Shown: in pieces, positions 48,409 through 58,377 of the stretch
How the letters are laid out: every line of letters begins with the position of its first letter
Numbering within the stretch: the stretch's first letter is position 1
Assembly: GCF_902489365.1 (NCBI RefSeq)
Contig: NZ_CABTZR010000002.1
Location: forward strand, 7,294 to 71,293
DNA: 64,000 nt
Direction: 5' to 3'
Origin: an uncultured Corynebacterium sp.
GTDB taxonomy: Bacteria > Actinomycetota > Actinomycetes > Mycobacteriales > Mycobacteriaceae
The notes under the pieces: model-generated
Database searches by the model: none
Told to the model about the DNA's origin: nothing
The model's input: the letters and a program-made list of their open reading frames with translations, nothing else
Program-made: the position numbers and the translations under genes

Positions 48409-49711
48409 CCTTCGTCGCCGGGGAGGGATGGGCGTCCTCGGCGGCGAGGCGCTCAAAGGCCACCGCTGCCAGGGCCGCGGCTTGATCCCCCAGAACGGAA
48501 TCATCGAAGCGCACCAGCGGCGAGTGATTCCACTCGCGCATGTGCTCCGGGGTGTGCGGATCCCCGGTGCCAAACCACATGAACGTGCCCGGCACCTGGG
48601 CGAGCACCGCGCCGAAATCTTCCGAAGCCATCATCGGTGTGTCCAAGGTCAGCACGTTTTCCGCCCCGAACATCCCGGCCCACAACGACGCCGCGAACTG
48701 ATCCTCGCGCGGTGAGGTCTTCGTGGCCGAATACAAAACCTCAAAGTCCACCTTCGCGGTACAACGGTGCGAGGCCGCCACGGAGCTTGAGACCTCGATG
48801 ATCATCTGGCGGACGGCGTCGATGTGTTCGTCGCGAAGCACGCGCACCGTCGCGCCCAGCTCCGCCTTGTCCGGGATGACGTTGACCGCCCCGTCGCCCG
48901 CGCGCAGGTTGGTCACCGTGATGACAATCGGCGAGTTCGCGTCGAAGCGCCGGGTCAGCGCCACCTGCAGCGCCACCTGGATCTCCGCCAAGGCGGCAAC
49001 CGGATCAATCGCATCATGCGGGCGCGAGCCATGTCCGCCCTTGCCGTAGACGGTGATACCCAGGTTCGAAGAAGAAGCCATCATCGGCCCGGCGATGTGA
49101 TGGAAGGTGCCCCGATCCTGCGGGCCAACGTGCAGGCCATAGGCGGCGATGGGACGGCGGCCAGCAGCGTCGAGCACGCCCTCATCAATCATCGGCTGCG
49201 CACCACCCGGGCCCTCCTCGCCGGGCTGGAACATGAAGATGACATCGCCCAAAAGCTCCTCGCGGTGGCGGCACAGCATCTTGACCGCGCCGATCAGCCC
49301 CGCCGTGTGCAGGTCATGGCCACACGCATGCATGTTGTTATTCGTCGAAGCGAAAGGGCTGCCGGTCTGCTCGCGCACCGGAAGACCATCCATGTCCGCG
49401 CGCAGCAGCACCGAGACGGGACGCTCGCCGCGCTTCCCCCCGCGCAGCACCGCCGCAACGGAGCTCAAGTCGCGCCCGAGCTGAATCTCCAACGGTAGCC
49501 CTTTAAGAGCTTCGAGCACCTTCTCCTGCGTGCGCGGCAGATGCAGCCCCACCTCCGGGTTCTGGTGCATATCGCGGCGGAACTCCTGCAACTCCGGAAG
49601 CAGCTCCCGGCCTTCCTCCACGAACACCTGGCTGGCCAACCGCTCCCCCAGCTTGGCCGAAACCATCGGAAGCGGTGGCAATTGCTGACGGTGGCGCGGG
49701 GCCATCTTCAT
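48344..49711 (-). CDS. M20 family amidohydrolase (hippurate hydrolase-like)
   Basis: RRDMHQNPE, LRADMDGLP, MHACGHDLH, FQPGEEG, GGHGS.PH, SEDF, NHSP. Confidence 0.92.
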   Translation of the reverse strand: MKMAPRHRQQLPPLPMVSAKLGERLASQVFVEEGRELLPELQEFRRDMHQNPEVGLHLPRTQEKVLEALKGLPLEIQLGRDLSSVAAVLRGGKRGERPVSVLLRADMDGLPVREQTGSPFASTNNNMHACGHDLHTAGLIGAVKMLCRHREELLGDVIFMFQPGEEGPGGAQPMIDEGVLDAAGRRPIAAYGLHVGPQDRGTFHHIAGPMMASSSNLGITVYGKGGHGSRPHDAIDPVAALAEIQVALQVALTRRFDANSPIVITVTNLRAGDGAVNVIPDKAELGATVRVLRDEHIDAVRQMIIEVSSSVAASHRCTAKVDFEVLYSATKTSPREDQFAASLWAGMFGAENVLTLDTPMMASEDFGAVLAQVPGTFMWFGTGDPHTPEHMREWNHSPLVRFDDSVLGDQAAALAAVAFERLAAEDAHPSPATKAMRAPVQGTGLDAQPPSSAAQ

Positions 49712-49773
49712 GGTGTCATCCTTTCCGAGCATGTGCGCCGAGCATACCGGAATCTGTATTAAGGTAGCCGTTT

Positions 49774-50853
49774 ATGAAGCTCTTCTCCGCGCTGGTGGCC
49801 AGCTCCCTGATGTTCACGCCCGGCTCCTCCTACCAATTGTCGAGCCGCGACGAGGCCTCATCGCAGTGGGCCGTCGACACCATGTTCAACGTTATCGACG
49901 GTTTGGGCACCTCCTCCCATCTGCTTACCGACGCGTGGTCCACGGTGCAGGAAGAATACCCGTACCCGATTAAAGAAATCGACGAGGTCTCCCTCGTTGA
50001 GCGGCGTGCCACCGACGAACCTGGCCGTGAGAAGTGGATCATCTCCTCGCCGTCGATGGGGCGCGACATTCCTGTCGACGTCGTCGTGGGCAACGGCGGG
50101 CCCGTTGTGTACTTTCTCGAGGGCGTAGACTCCCCGGAGACCTCGAACTGGATCACCAAGGGGCATGTGAAGCGCGTCTTCGGCGAATCCGACGCCAGCA
50201 TCGTCATCCCCTCGCAGGGAGCCGGATCCATGTGGACCGATTGGAGAGAGGATGACCCGAAGTTGGGCCGCCACAAGTGGGAAACGTTCCTCATCACAGA
50301 ACTGGCTCCGCTAGTGGAGTCGGAGCTGAACCACAACGGCAAGCGCGGGCTCATTGGGTTGTCCATGGGCGCGTCGGGCGCGGTGATGATGGCGAACAAC
50401 AACCCGGGTTTCTTCAATGGCGTGGCGGGCATTTCCGGCTGCTATTCCACCACCAGCCAGGTGGGCCAGGGCACGGTGGACTTGACGGTGCGTACTAAAG
50501 GCGGTGACCCGAAGAACATGTGGGGGCCGCGCGGTTCGGAGGATTGGCTGCGCAATGACGTCATGTCCCACCCGGAGGGGCTGCGCGGCACGGCGCTCTA
50601 TCTCGCCGCTGCCTCGGGCGCGTGGACGGACGAGGAACTGGCGGCCTACCCCGGGAAAACCGTCAATGATCGCATCGGGGGCACCCTTTTGGAGGCTGGC
50701 TCGCGTCGCTGTACGGAGGAGTTTTCCGCCGCGCTTGCCGACGCCTCAATCCCCCACACCACCGACTACCTCACCGACGGCACCCACGACTGGGTGATGT
50801 TTGGCAAGCAATTGCAGCCGGCGTGGGATGCGATTAAACCGGCTCTCTACTAA
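49774..50853 (+). CDS. Secreted alpha/beta hydrolase of the antigen 85/corynomycoloyl transferase family
   Basis: Signal peptide; SPSMGRDI, KWETFL..EL, GLSMG, LLE, GTHDW. Confidence 0.88.
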   Translation: MKLFSALVASSLMFTPGSSYQLSSRDEASSQWAVDTMFNVIDGLGTSSHLLTDAWSTVQEEYPYPIKEIDEVSLVERRATDEPGREKWIISSPSMGRDIPVDVVVGNGGPVVYFLEGVDSPETSNWITKGHVKRVFGESDASIVIPSQGAGSMWTDWREDDPKLGRHKWETFLITELAPLVESELNHNGKRGLIGLSMGASGAVMMANNNPGFFNGVAGISGCYSTTSQVGQGTVDLTVRTKGGDPKNMWGPRGSEDWLRNDVMSHPEGLRGTALYLAAASGAWTDEELAAYPGKTVNDRIGGTLLEAGSRRCTEEFSAALADASIPHTTDYLTDGTHDWVMFGKQLQPAWDAIKPALY

Positions 50854-50863
50854 CGTCGACGGC

Positions 50864-51070
50864 ATGTCCCGATTCCGCAGCATTTTCATCCCCGCCGCCA
50901 TCCTCGTGGCAGGGCTCGTCATCCTTGCAGTGTTCTACGTCGGCTTAAGCCGTCATTACAACTCACAGGAGCTGCAGACGCTTATCGACGGCGCCAATGC
51001 CAACGGCCAGGACTATACCGTCGTCATCCACAACGAGCTGACTGGGAGCTATTCCTTTAACGCCCAGTAA
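50864..51070 (+). CDS. Small membrane-anchored protein (68 aa)
   Basis: MSRFRSIFIPAAILVAGLVILAVFYVGL...; host-like codons. Confidence 0.65.
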   Translation: MSRFRSIFIPAAILVAGLVILAVFYVGLSRHYNSQELQTLIDGANANGQDYTVVIHNELTGSYSFNAQ

Positions 51071-51269
51071 TACAGCGTTCCGGTTACGGGGTCGAGGCAC
51101 AACACTCAAATCTTCCTTGCCGAAAATGAATGCTGGAATCGACTTGATTTCCTCAGAGAGCAACAAAATACTGGATACTGGGCTAGATCTGCAACCTGCT
51201 TTTTCGACAGGACTTTAAATAACGGTTCAGGAGCCTGGATCATCCGCCCTATATAACCTAGGAGACCCC

Positions 51270-51734
51270 ATGTGGCTTGACGGATATCAACAGCAATTCG
51301 GAAACCGGCTAGAGGACTTCCTCACAGAAACAGTCCCCACAGTGCTCACAGAGCTGACATCTTCCCAGAAGAAGCAAGTTACCGATGGCGCACAAGAGTT
51401 TCCCGTCGAACCCCTTCTCGAAATCCTCAATTCTAAACACAGCTATGAAGACACAGTCTCCCGAATCATAGCCGTAACGGGGATATGGATGAATGCCGCA
51501 TCAGGGAGCCAGTGGTGTGTTGGTCCTCTAAACAGCACAGATTACTCTGAAAGAGTAGGCATAGGAGTCAGATGGGGCGAGATCGCTTTTTCGCCGTTGT
51601 CGAACATGTCGGAGAATCTGGTAGATTCATTTCCCACTTGGCCGGGCGTACTCATGGAATTTTCTCGCATGCAAGAGGCGGATCGCGATTATTACAAACA
51701 GAGAATCCTGGAAACTCGTCCAAAGCAAAAATGA
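51270..51734 (+). CDS. Hypothetical protein (154 aa, low GC)
   Basis: aggaga RBS before ATG; no recognised motif. Confidence 0.7.
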   Translation: MWLDGYQQQFGNRLEDFLTETVPTVLTELTSSQKKQVTDGAQEFPVEPLLEILNSKHSYEDTVSRIIAVTGIWMNAASGSQWCVGPLNSTDYSERVGIGVRWGEIAFSPLSNMSENLVDSFPTWPGVLMEFSRMQEADRDYYKQRILETRPKQK

Positions 51735-51979
51735 TGTCCAACCGCTGCGCCGGCTCACGCCATCCTCATCGCATCGGTAGACCTCGCTTGACGGTTCGCC
51801 GTGGTACATAGCCCGGCTTCTAAGCAACGACTGACCCTCGGGACTGCAGGACGATAGACCTGATGCATTAAAAACTCTAAGCACCTACCTCGGAAACGAA
51901 TTCAGACCCGGGCCAGTCCCCTTCGGATAGACTCATCTGATATCACGATAATCACGAGTCATTTAAAAATGGATTCCGA

Positions 51980-53620
51980 ATGCAACTTATACGACAAGTC
52001 ATTACACAATCTTGGAAACTATCGCCTTGGAACAACTTTTTAGTCCTCGTCTCCATTGTAATTTCGTCAATTTCTACAGTTATTGCCCCGTATGTTCTCG
52101 GAAGTGGAGTCAACTCTCTCCTTAATAGTTCAAACAGAGAAGACTTCATTACAATTGGCCTAAAGCTTTCTATAACCTATTCTCTGATTTGGTTTTTAGG
52201 AGCATCCGCGAGATACATATTACTTCCAACGTATGGAACGATTGAGCAAAAGCTGCAGTCAGAGCGAATGGCTAGGTCTCTCACCGATAGCATCGATGCC
52301 AGCCCTAGCGCACGATCACATGCTGATAACGGAGAGATCTCATTTGCCATTGATAGCGAGGCTTCCGCTTATCGTGACACTTTATCCAGCATCTACCTGT
52401 CTATATTGCCGGCAACCATTTCTTTAGCCTCCGGCATTTTCCTAGTCGTTATTGCCAGCACTTGGTTAGAAGGAATAATCCTCACAGCAGCCATTGTGAC
52501 CTATTGTGTGGTCAGCTATCGGCTAATCCAAAGCCACCAGAACGCCCAGACAAAGTTTTTCAAAGAGAGCATGCGCAGTTTCGGCGTCCTAGGGAATTCT
52601 TTGTCCCTCTGGAAAGAAGCGACAGTGTTTTCTACCCAAGCATTTTTGGAATCTCGCTATAGAAAAGATCGAAGCACAGTAGAACGCGCTGGAGTCTATT
52701 CCTATACCATGACGCGGCGGCTGTATGTTGCCCAAGGAATCGTTTTAGCAATAACGATTTGCGTTCTCATTATAGCCATTATCCTTCGAACAAATAATGG
52801 AGATGCGCAGGCAATCGGATCAATTATTTCGTCTACAGGAATCGCCATTGCAGCCATTACGCCTCTTCAATCCGTCGGATTTGGAGTGTCCACACTCGCT
52901 GTTTCAGTTTCCCATGCGAGTGAAGCAAGCGAAAAGATTCGCCCAACGGGGTTCATCGCCGCAACAAGCCAAAACGTGGATTTGTGGAATGAGCAAATAC
53001 TGCGTTTGTCTGACATGGCAGCTTCGGCACACCAGCGACATGAACAAAGACCAATCTGGGTTCTTGGTCCAAGCGGCTCAGGGAAAACGACGGTTTTGGA
53101 AGGGTTCCTAAATCTAAATGAGTATTCGTTACCCTTGCAACAAGAATCTTGTGAGATAAGGGAAAATTCAACGTATGCGCCTCAAAGCGCAAGCCTGTTA
53201 AACGCCAACGCCATAGACAACGTTGTTTTTGGCAGATCAATAGCCGTGTGCAAAGCTGACGAGTTACTCACAGCAGTAGGACTACACGAGTTTTCTTCAA
53301 CGGGCTGCAAGAAGAACTCCGATGTAGCGGGTGAAGACGGTGGGGCATCCGGTGGGGAAAAACAAAGAATCGCCTTGGCACGAGCATTGATCGCTAAGCC
53401 TGGGTCAATTGTGGTCCTCGATGAGCCAACCAGTAGCTTAGACAAGAATTCACGGGCATTGGTGTGGGGAATTATTGAAGATCTTGCACGCGAAAAAACG
53501 GTCATTGTTTCAACGCACGATGCCTCAGCACCTATTCGTCACGACGATACGGTGCTTCAATTAACCAATGCCAATGAAGCACCTTCATCAAAGCGAAAAG
53601 AGCCTCCCAGTGAAGCTTAG
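51980..53620 (+). CDS. ABC exporter, fused TMD/NBD (low GC)
   Basis: Hydrophobic N-terminal half; GPSGSGKTT, ASGGEKQR, VVLDEPTSSLD, STHD. Confidence 0.88.
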   Translation: MQLIRQVITQSWKLSPWNNFLVLVSIVISSISTVIAPYVLGSGVNSLLNSSNREDFITIGLKLSITYSLIWFLGASARYILLPTYGTIEQKLQSERMARSLTDSIDASPSARSHADNGEISFAIDSEASAYRDTLSSIYLSILPATISLASGIFLVVIASTWLEGIILTAAIVTYCVVSYRLIQSHQNAQTKFFKESMRSFGVLGNSLSLWKEATVFSTQAFLESRYRKDRSTVERAGVYSYTMTRRLYVAQGIVLAITICVLIIAIILRTNNGDAQAIGSIISSTGIAIAAITPLQSVGFGVSTLAVSVSHASEASEKIRPTGFIAATSQNVDLWNEQILRLSDMAASAHQRHEQRPIWVLGPSGSGKTTVLEGFLNLNEYSLPLQQESCEIRENSTYAPQSASLLNANAIDNVVFGRSIAVCKADELLTAVGLHEFSSTGCKKNSDVAGEDGGASGGEKQRIALARALIAKPGSIVVLDEPTSSLDKNSRALVWGIIEDLAREKTVIVSTHDASAPIRHDDTVLQLTNANEAPSSKRKEPPSEA

Positions 53621-53626
53621 TTTCTC

Positions 53627-55474
53627 TTAATCGCTATCCGTGGACAGCGCCGCCACGAAAGCCTCCTGCGGCACCGACACGGAGCCGATGGACTTCATAC
53701 GCTTCTTACCCGCCTTCTGCTTCTCCAGCAGCTTGCGCTTACGGGAGATATCGCCGCCGTAGCACTTGGCCAACACGTCCTTGCGCATTGCGCGGATGTT
53801 TTCACGCGCGATGATCTTCGAGCCGATGGCCGCCTGGACAGGCACCTCGAACTGCTGGCGTGGGATCAGCTCCTTGAGTTTCTTCGTCATCTTGTTGCCG
53901 TACCACTGTGCGGATTCGCGGTGCACGATGGCAGAGAAGGCATCCACCGGATCACCGTTAAGCAGAATATCGACCTTCACCAAGTCCGCCAGCTGCTCGC
54001 CGGCCTCCTCATAGTTGAGGGAAGCATAACCCTTGGTACGGGACTTCAACATGTCGAAGAAGTCGAAGATGATTTCGCCCAGCGGCATGGTGTAGCGCAG
54101 CTCCACGCGGTCCTCAGACAGGTAGTCCATGCCGCCCATCTGGCCACGCTTGGACTGGCACAGCTCCATCGTCGAGCCCACAAACTCCTCCGGCACGATG
54201 ATGGTCATCTTCACAATCGGCTCGTAGACCTCACGCAACTTGCCGCCGGGCCAGTCCGACGGATTGTGCACCATGGACTCCTCGCCATCCTCCGCCACCA
54301 CGCGGTAGGTCACCGAGGGAGCCGTGGAAATCAGATCTAAGCCAAACTCGCGCTCCAGACGGTCGCGCGTGATTTCCATGTGCAGCAGGCCCAAGAATCC
54401 ACAGCGGAAGCCGAAGCCCAGGGCGACGGAGGTCTCGGGCTCGAAGGTGAGGGAGGCGTCGTTAAGCTGCAGCTTCTCCAGCGCGTCACGCAGGTCCGGG
54501 AAGTCCGCCTGGGAGATGGGGAACAGGCCGGAGTAGACCATGGGGTTCGGGTCGGCGTAGCCCTTGAGCGGCTCGCTCGCGCCATTCGACGCCCACGTAA
54601 TCGTGTCACCCACCTTGGTCTCACGCACGTTCTTCACGCCGGTGATGAGGTAGCCCACCTCGCCCGGGCCCAAGCCCTTACACTTCTGCATGGTGGGGCT
54701 GACGATGCCCACCTCCAGCAGCTCGTGGTTGGCACCCGTAGACATCATGGTGACCTTCTGGCGCGGGGTGAGCTTGCCGTCCATCATACGGATGTAGGTC
54801 ACCACGCCGCGGTAGGTGTCATAAACGGAGTCGAAGACCATAGCGCGGGCCGGGGCATCGGGACCGAACTCGGAGGTGGGCGCCGGGACAAGCTCCGCAA
54901 CCTTATCCAGCAGCTCCGGCACGCCCTCGCCGGTCTTGCCGGAGACGCGCAGCACCTCTTCCGGCTCGCAGCCGATGATGTGGGCGATCTCCAGGGCGTA
55001 CTTCTCCGGGTCGGCCGCGGGCAGGTCGATCTTGTTGAGGACCGGGATGATCTCCAGGTCATTCTCCATGGCCAGGTAAAGGTTGGCCAGGGTCTGGGCT
55101 TCGATGCCCTGGGCGGCGTCGACAAGCAGGATGGCTCCCTCACACGCCTCCAGTGCACGCGAAACCTCGTAGGTGAAGTCCACGTGGCCGGGGGTATCGA
55201 TCATCTGCATGACGATCTCCTCCCCCTTGCACGCGCCGGATTGAGGAATCCAGGGCAGGCGCACGTTCTGCGCCTTAATGGTAATGCCGCGCTCGCGCTC
55301 GATATCCATGTTGTCAAGGTATTGGTCGCGCATGTCGCGCTCCTCCACCACCTGCGACAACTGCAGGATGCGATCAGCCAGCGTCGACTTGCCGTGGTCG
55401 ATGTGGGCGATAATGCAAAAGTTTCGGATCTTGGACGGATCCGTAAACGTAGTGGCCGCGAAGTTTGTAGACAT
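53627..55474 (-). CDS. lepA: Translation elongation factor 4
   Basis: [57 protein letters not shown]. Confidence 0.99.
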   Translation of the reverse strand: MSTNFAATTFTDPSKIRNFCIIAHIDHGKSTLADRILQLSQVVEERDMRDQYLDNMDIERERGITIKAQNVRLPWIPQSGACKGEEIVMQMIDTPGHVDFTYEVSRALEACEGAILLVDAAQGIEAQTLANLYLAMENDLEIIPVLNKIDLPAADPEKYALEIAHIIGCEPEEVLRVSGKTGEGVPELLDKVAELVPAPTSEFGPDAPARAMVFDSVYDTYRGVVTYIRMMDGKLTPRQKVTMMSTGANHELLEVGIVSPTMQKCKGLGPGEVGYLITGVKNVRETKVGDTITWASNGASEPLKGYADPNPMVYSGLFPISQADFPDLRDALEKLQLNDASLTFEPETSVALGFGFRCGFLGLLHMEITRDRLEREFGLDLISTAPSVTYRVVAEDGEESMVHNPSDWPGGKLREVYEPIVKMTIIVPEEFVGSTMELCQSKRGQMGGMDYLSEDRVELRYTMPLGEIIFDFFDMLKSRTKGYASLNYEEAGEQLADLVKVDILLNGDPVDAFSAIVHRESAQWYGNKMTKKLKELIPRQQFEVPVQAAIGSKIIARENIRAMRKDVLAKCYGGDISRKRKLLEKQKAGKKRMKSIGSVSVPQEAFVAALSTDSD

Positions 55475-55492
55475 GTGTTTAGAATAGACGAC
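55475..55492. promoter_or_regulatory. Bidirectional leaderless promoter with overlapping -10 elements
   Basis: TAGAAT (+, 55480-55485) 7 nt before ATG 55493; TATTCT (-, 55486-55481) 6 nt before ATG 55474. Confidence 0.65.
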
Positions 55493-56014
55493 ATGTCTAG
55501 GTTGGCACGCATTCTCGGTATCGGAGGCCCTGAGCCTGTCGATGTCGGTCTCGAGCGCATCACCGAAGGCCTAGGACTAAACCAGAACGATTCCGTGACG
55601 GAACCCCGCAAGGCCGCCGACATTCGTGTCGAGTGTGCCGACGCCCACCCGCGCAGCGTCTTCTTCACCCCCGACATGGACGGGCAGGCAGACTCCGGGG
55701 AAGTCGTGTGGGTGTGGGCACCCTCGGATGGCAAGCAGTCCCCGCCGCGCGAGCGGGCCGTGCTCATTGTCTCGCGGACGCGCACCACCGTGCTGGGTCT
55801 GCTCATTTCCCCCAACCCGGGCCACGCAAACAAAGAGGAATGGCTCGATATCGGCACTGGTGAGTGGGATGAATCCGGCCGTCAGTGCTGGATTCGGATG
55901 GACCGCGTGCTGGAGATCTCCGAGGAACAATGCCGCCGACAAGGCACGCTCTTCCCGGAACGCCGCTTCGAACGCATTGCTAACCGGCTGCGCTCGCGTT
56001 ATCACTGGGCCTGA
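55493..56014 (+). CDS. PemK/MazF-like fold protein (lepA-adjacent)
   Basis: [16 protein letters not shown]...R.VLIVSR...[20 protein letters not shown]; no antitoxin ORF seen. Confidence 0.75.
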   Translation: MSRLARILGIGGPEPVDVGLERITEGLGLNQNDSVTEPRKAADIRVECADAHPRSVFFTPDMDGQADSGEVVWVWAPSDGKQSPPRERAVLIVSRTRTTVLGLLISPNPGHANKEEWLDIGTGEWDESGRQCWIRMDRVLEISEEQCRRQGTLFPERRFERIANRLRSRYHWA

Positions 56015-56132
56015 TTTGGGAATTCGGTCCGAGCCCTGCTAAATTTTTTGGGATGCCGGGGCACGCTGGCGGTCAGGACCTTGGGTCCGCCTTCCTCGGT
56101 TACACATTCCTACGACTCTAAGAGGTATAACG

Positions 56133-56396
56133 ATGGCAAACATCAAGTCCAAGCAGAAGCGCATCCTGACCAACGAGAAGTCTCGTCAGCGCAACAAGTC
56201 CGTACGCTCCGCCGTGCGTACCGAGATCCGCAAGTTCCGTGAGGCCGTCGCCGCTGGCGACAAGGCTGCAGCCGAGAAGCAGCTGCGCGTTGCCTCCCGC
56301 GCACTGGACAAGTCCGTGTCTAAGGGCGTCTTCCACCGCAACACCGCGGCTAACAAGAAGTCCGGCATGGCCACCGCCTTCAACAAGATGGCCTAA
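56133..56396 (+). CDS. rpsT: 30S ribosomal protein S20
   Basis: [26 protein letters not shown]...[14 protein letters not shown]. Confidence 0.99.
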   Translation: MANIKSKQKRILTNEKSRQRNKSVRSAVRTEIRKFREAVAAGDKAAAEKQLRVASRALDKSVSKGVFHRNTAANKKSGMATAFNKMA

Positions 56397-57206
56397 ATGA
56401 AACCGCTCCTGAAGTGGGTGGGGGGAAAGCGCCAACTGCTGCCCGTTATCCACTCCAAGCTGCCCGAGAGTTTCGACACTTATGTCGAACCATTCTTGGG
56501 CGGTGGAGCGGTTCTTTTTTCTTTGGCGCCCGAACGCGCCCGGGTCAATGACCTGAACACCGAGCTCATCACCGTCTACGAGGTGGTCCGCGATAACGTG
56601 GACGAGCTCATCGCCCTGTTAAAGGGCTATCCGAATGATTCGGATTTCTTCTACGAGATGCGCGCCCGCGACCGTGAGCCGGGTTTTGCGCACGTGAGCC
56701 CCGTCGAACGGGCTGCCCGCACGATTTTCTTGAATAAGACCTGCTACAACGGGCTTTACCGGGTGAATAACGCCGGCCAGTTTAATGCCCCGTTTGGCCG
56801 CTATGCCAACCCGAAGATTTGCGATGAGCCCAATCTGCGCGCGGTCTCGGAGTACTTGTCCACCCACGACGTGACGTTTTATAACGGCGACTACGCTGCG
56901 GTGGAGGCCAACGAGGGGGATTTCGTTTACTTCGATCCGCCCTATGATCCGGTCAACCCCACGAGCAATTTCACCGGCTACCAGTCGGGTGGTTTTGGCC
57001 GCGCGGATCAGATTCGGCTGAAGGAAACCTGCGACGATCTCAACGCCCGCGGGGTGAAGTTCCTGCTGTCGAATTCGGCGACGGACTTCATCAAGGAGTT
57101 GTACGCGGACTACCGCATCGACATCGTGGGTGCCACGCGCGCGGTGAATTCCGTGGCCTCGAAGCGCGGCAAGGTCGATGAGGTGCTCGTGCGCAATTAT
57201 GCTTAA
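56397..57206 (+). CDS. DNA adenine methyltransferase (Dam/D12 class)
   Basis: LKWVGGKRQL, YVEPFLGGGAV, FLNKTCYNGLYRVN..G.FNAPFGRY, FVYFDPPY, LLSNS. Confidence 0.94.
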   Translation: MKPLLKWVGGKRQLLPVIHSKLPESFDTYVEPFLGGGAVLFSLAPERARVNDLNTELITVYEVVRDNVDELIALLKGYPNDSDFFYEMRARDREPGFAHVSPVERAARTIFLNKTCYNGLYRVNNAGQFNAPFGRYANPKICDEPNLRAVSEYLSTHDVTFYNGDYAAVEANEGDFVYFDPPYDPVNPTSNFTGYQSGGFGRADQIRLKETCDDLNARGVKFLLSNSATDFIKELYADYRIDIVGATRAVNSVASKRGKVDEVLVRNYA

Positions 57207-58377
57207 CGACGCCGCCTGGGACCTCGTCTACCCCCACATCGCCGCCGACATCGCGGCCCAGGGCTTCGCGATACTGCCCGCCGCGAAGCTTAAGGAGCTA
57301 TCGGGCCGCGAGCCGCGGTTGATGGCCAAGCATGACTTTTCGGCAGCGCGCCCCGAGGTGTTTCGACAGCACGGGTTATCCATGCTGCCGATGCGCCGCG
57401 ATGCCTACCTGATTGGCCGTTTTGACCTGTACCAGCCTTTCCCGGAGCAGGCCGGGCCGCTGAAGTCGATGCCGGTTCCCAGCCACATCCAGTCCATTGA
57501 CTTCGAGAACCTGACGTCGGAAGCCGCGGCGCTGACCGCGGCGAGCTTAAGCGGGATGCTCGATGATTTCCTGGGAGGGGAGCTGGTGCCCACGGTCAGC
57601 GGGCGCATGTCGACGCTCACTCTGCCCATGCGTATCGGCGGGCGCGATGTCGTGGTGGACCGCGCCCAGATGGAGATTGATGCCGGCTTCGAATCCGCCG
57701 AGCACCTCGTGCTCGTGGAGGCGAAGAACCACCTTTCCCCCGACTTCAATATCCGCCAGCTCTACTTCCCTTTCCGCCGCTTCTCGCTGGCTTTAGAGAA
57801 GGAAGTGGTGCCGGTCTACTTGGTCTATTCCAACGGTGTTTTCCACTTCTACCGCTACGCGTTTAGGCAGCCGGAGGACTTCCGCAGCATCGAGCTGGTG
57901 AGCGCGGCTCGCTATGTTTTGGGCGAGTCAGGCGTAACTGACGCGACGGTGCGCGCGGTGCTGGCGCGCACGCAGGTCGAAGACACGCGCGTACCTTTCC
58001 CCCAGGCGGACTCCTTTGCAAGGGTCATCAGCTTGCTGGAGAACCCTGTGGATAAAGCGGATATGCCCGAGAAATTCGGCTTTACCCCGCGCCAGGCTGA
58101 TTATTACAGCAACGCCGCCCGCTACCTAGGTCTGGCCAAGCTCAGCGGCACGCGCGATGAACGCAATCTCACCCTCATCGAGGCCCTGGCTTCCCGCCCG
58201 GTGTTCCGGGACATGGTGCAGCACGTCGTGGATACCCACCGAGCGGTGAATAAAGAAGAAGCACTGGTCTTCATGCGCGCGGCCAATCTGGGGCTCAACG
58301 ATACGACCCTGCGCCGCCGCTCCGGCACGGTCGCGGCGTGGTCGCAGTGGCTCAAAGAGCTGCTCGAGCAGGCCTAG
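57199..58377 (+). CDS. Putative type II restriction endonuclease (PD-(D/E)XK)
   Basis: QMEIDAGFE..LVLVEAKN..DFNIRQLYFP; overlaps the MTase stop by 8 nt. Confidence 0.75.
   Translation: MLNDAAWDLVYPHIAADIAAQGFAILPAAKLKELSGREPRLMAKHDFSAARPEVFRQHGLSMLPMRRDAYLIGRFDLYQPFPEQAGPLKSMPVPSHIQSIDFENLTSEAAALTAASLSGMLDDFLGGELVPTVSGRMSTLTLPMRIGGRDVVVDRAQMEIDAGFESAEHLVLVEAKNHLSPDFNIRQLYFPFRRFSLALEKEVVPVYLVYSNGVFHFYRYAFRQPEDFRSIELVSAARYVLGESGVTDATVRAVLARTQVEDTRVPFPQADSFARVISLLENPVDKADMPEKFGFTPRQADYYSNAARYLGLAKLSGTRDERNLTLIEALASRPVFRDMVQHVVDTHRAVNKEEALVFMRAANLGLNDTTLRRRSGTVAAWSQWLKELLEQA

Larger units (their letters stand above)
51071..53626. mobile_element. Low-GC horizontally acquired islet abutting the lepA 3' end (no mobility gene seen)
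   Basis: Abrupt shift to AT-rich sequence and A/T-ending codons between 51071 and 53626. Confidence 0.7.

Noticed and set aside
51071..51260. Possible ORF or att site at the left edge of the low-GC islet
   Set aside because: Only short open frames without RBS or motifs, and I found no repeat of the lepA 3' end.
55493..56014. Type II toxin-antitoxin module
   Set aside because: No antitoxin ORF is adjacent; the gene sits in a core lepA-rpsT context.
58047..58055. Second perfect DnaA box (TGTGGATAA)
   Set aside because: Isolated and inside the nuclease coding sequence; likely chance.
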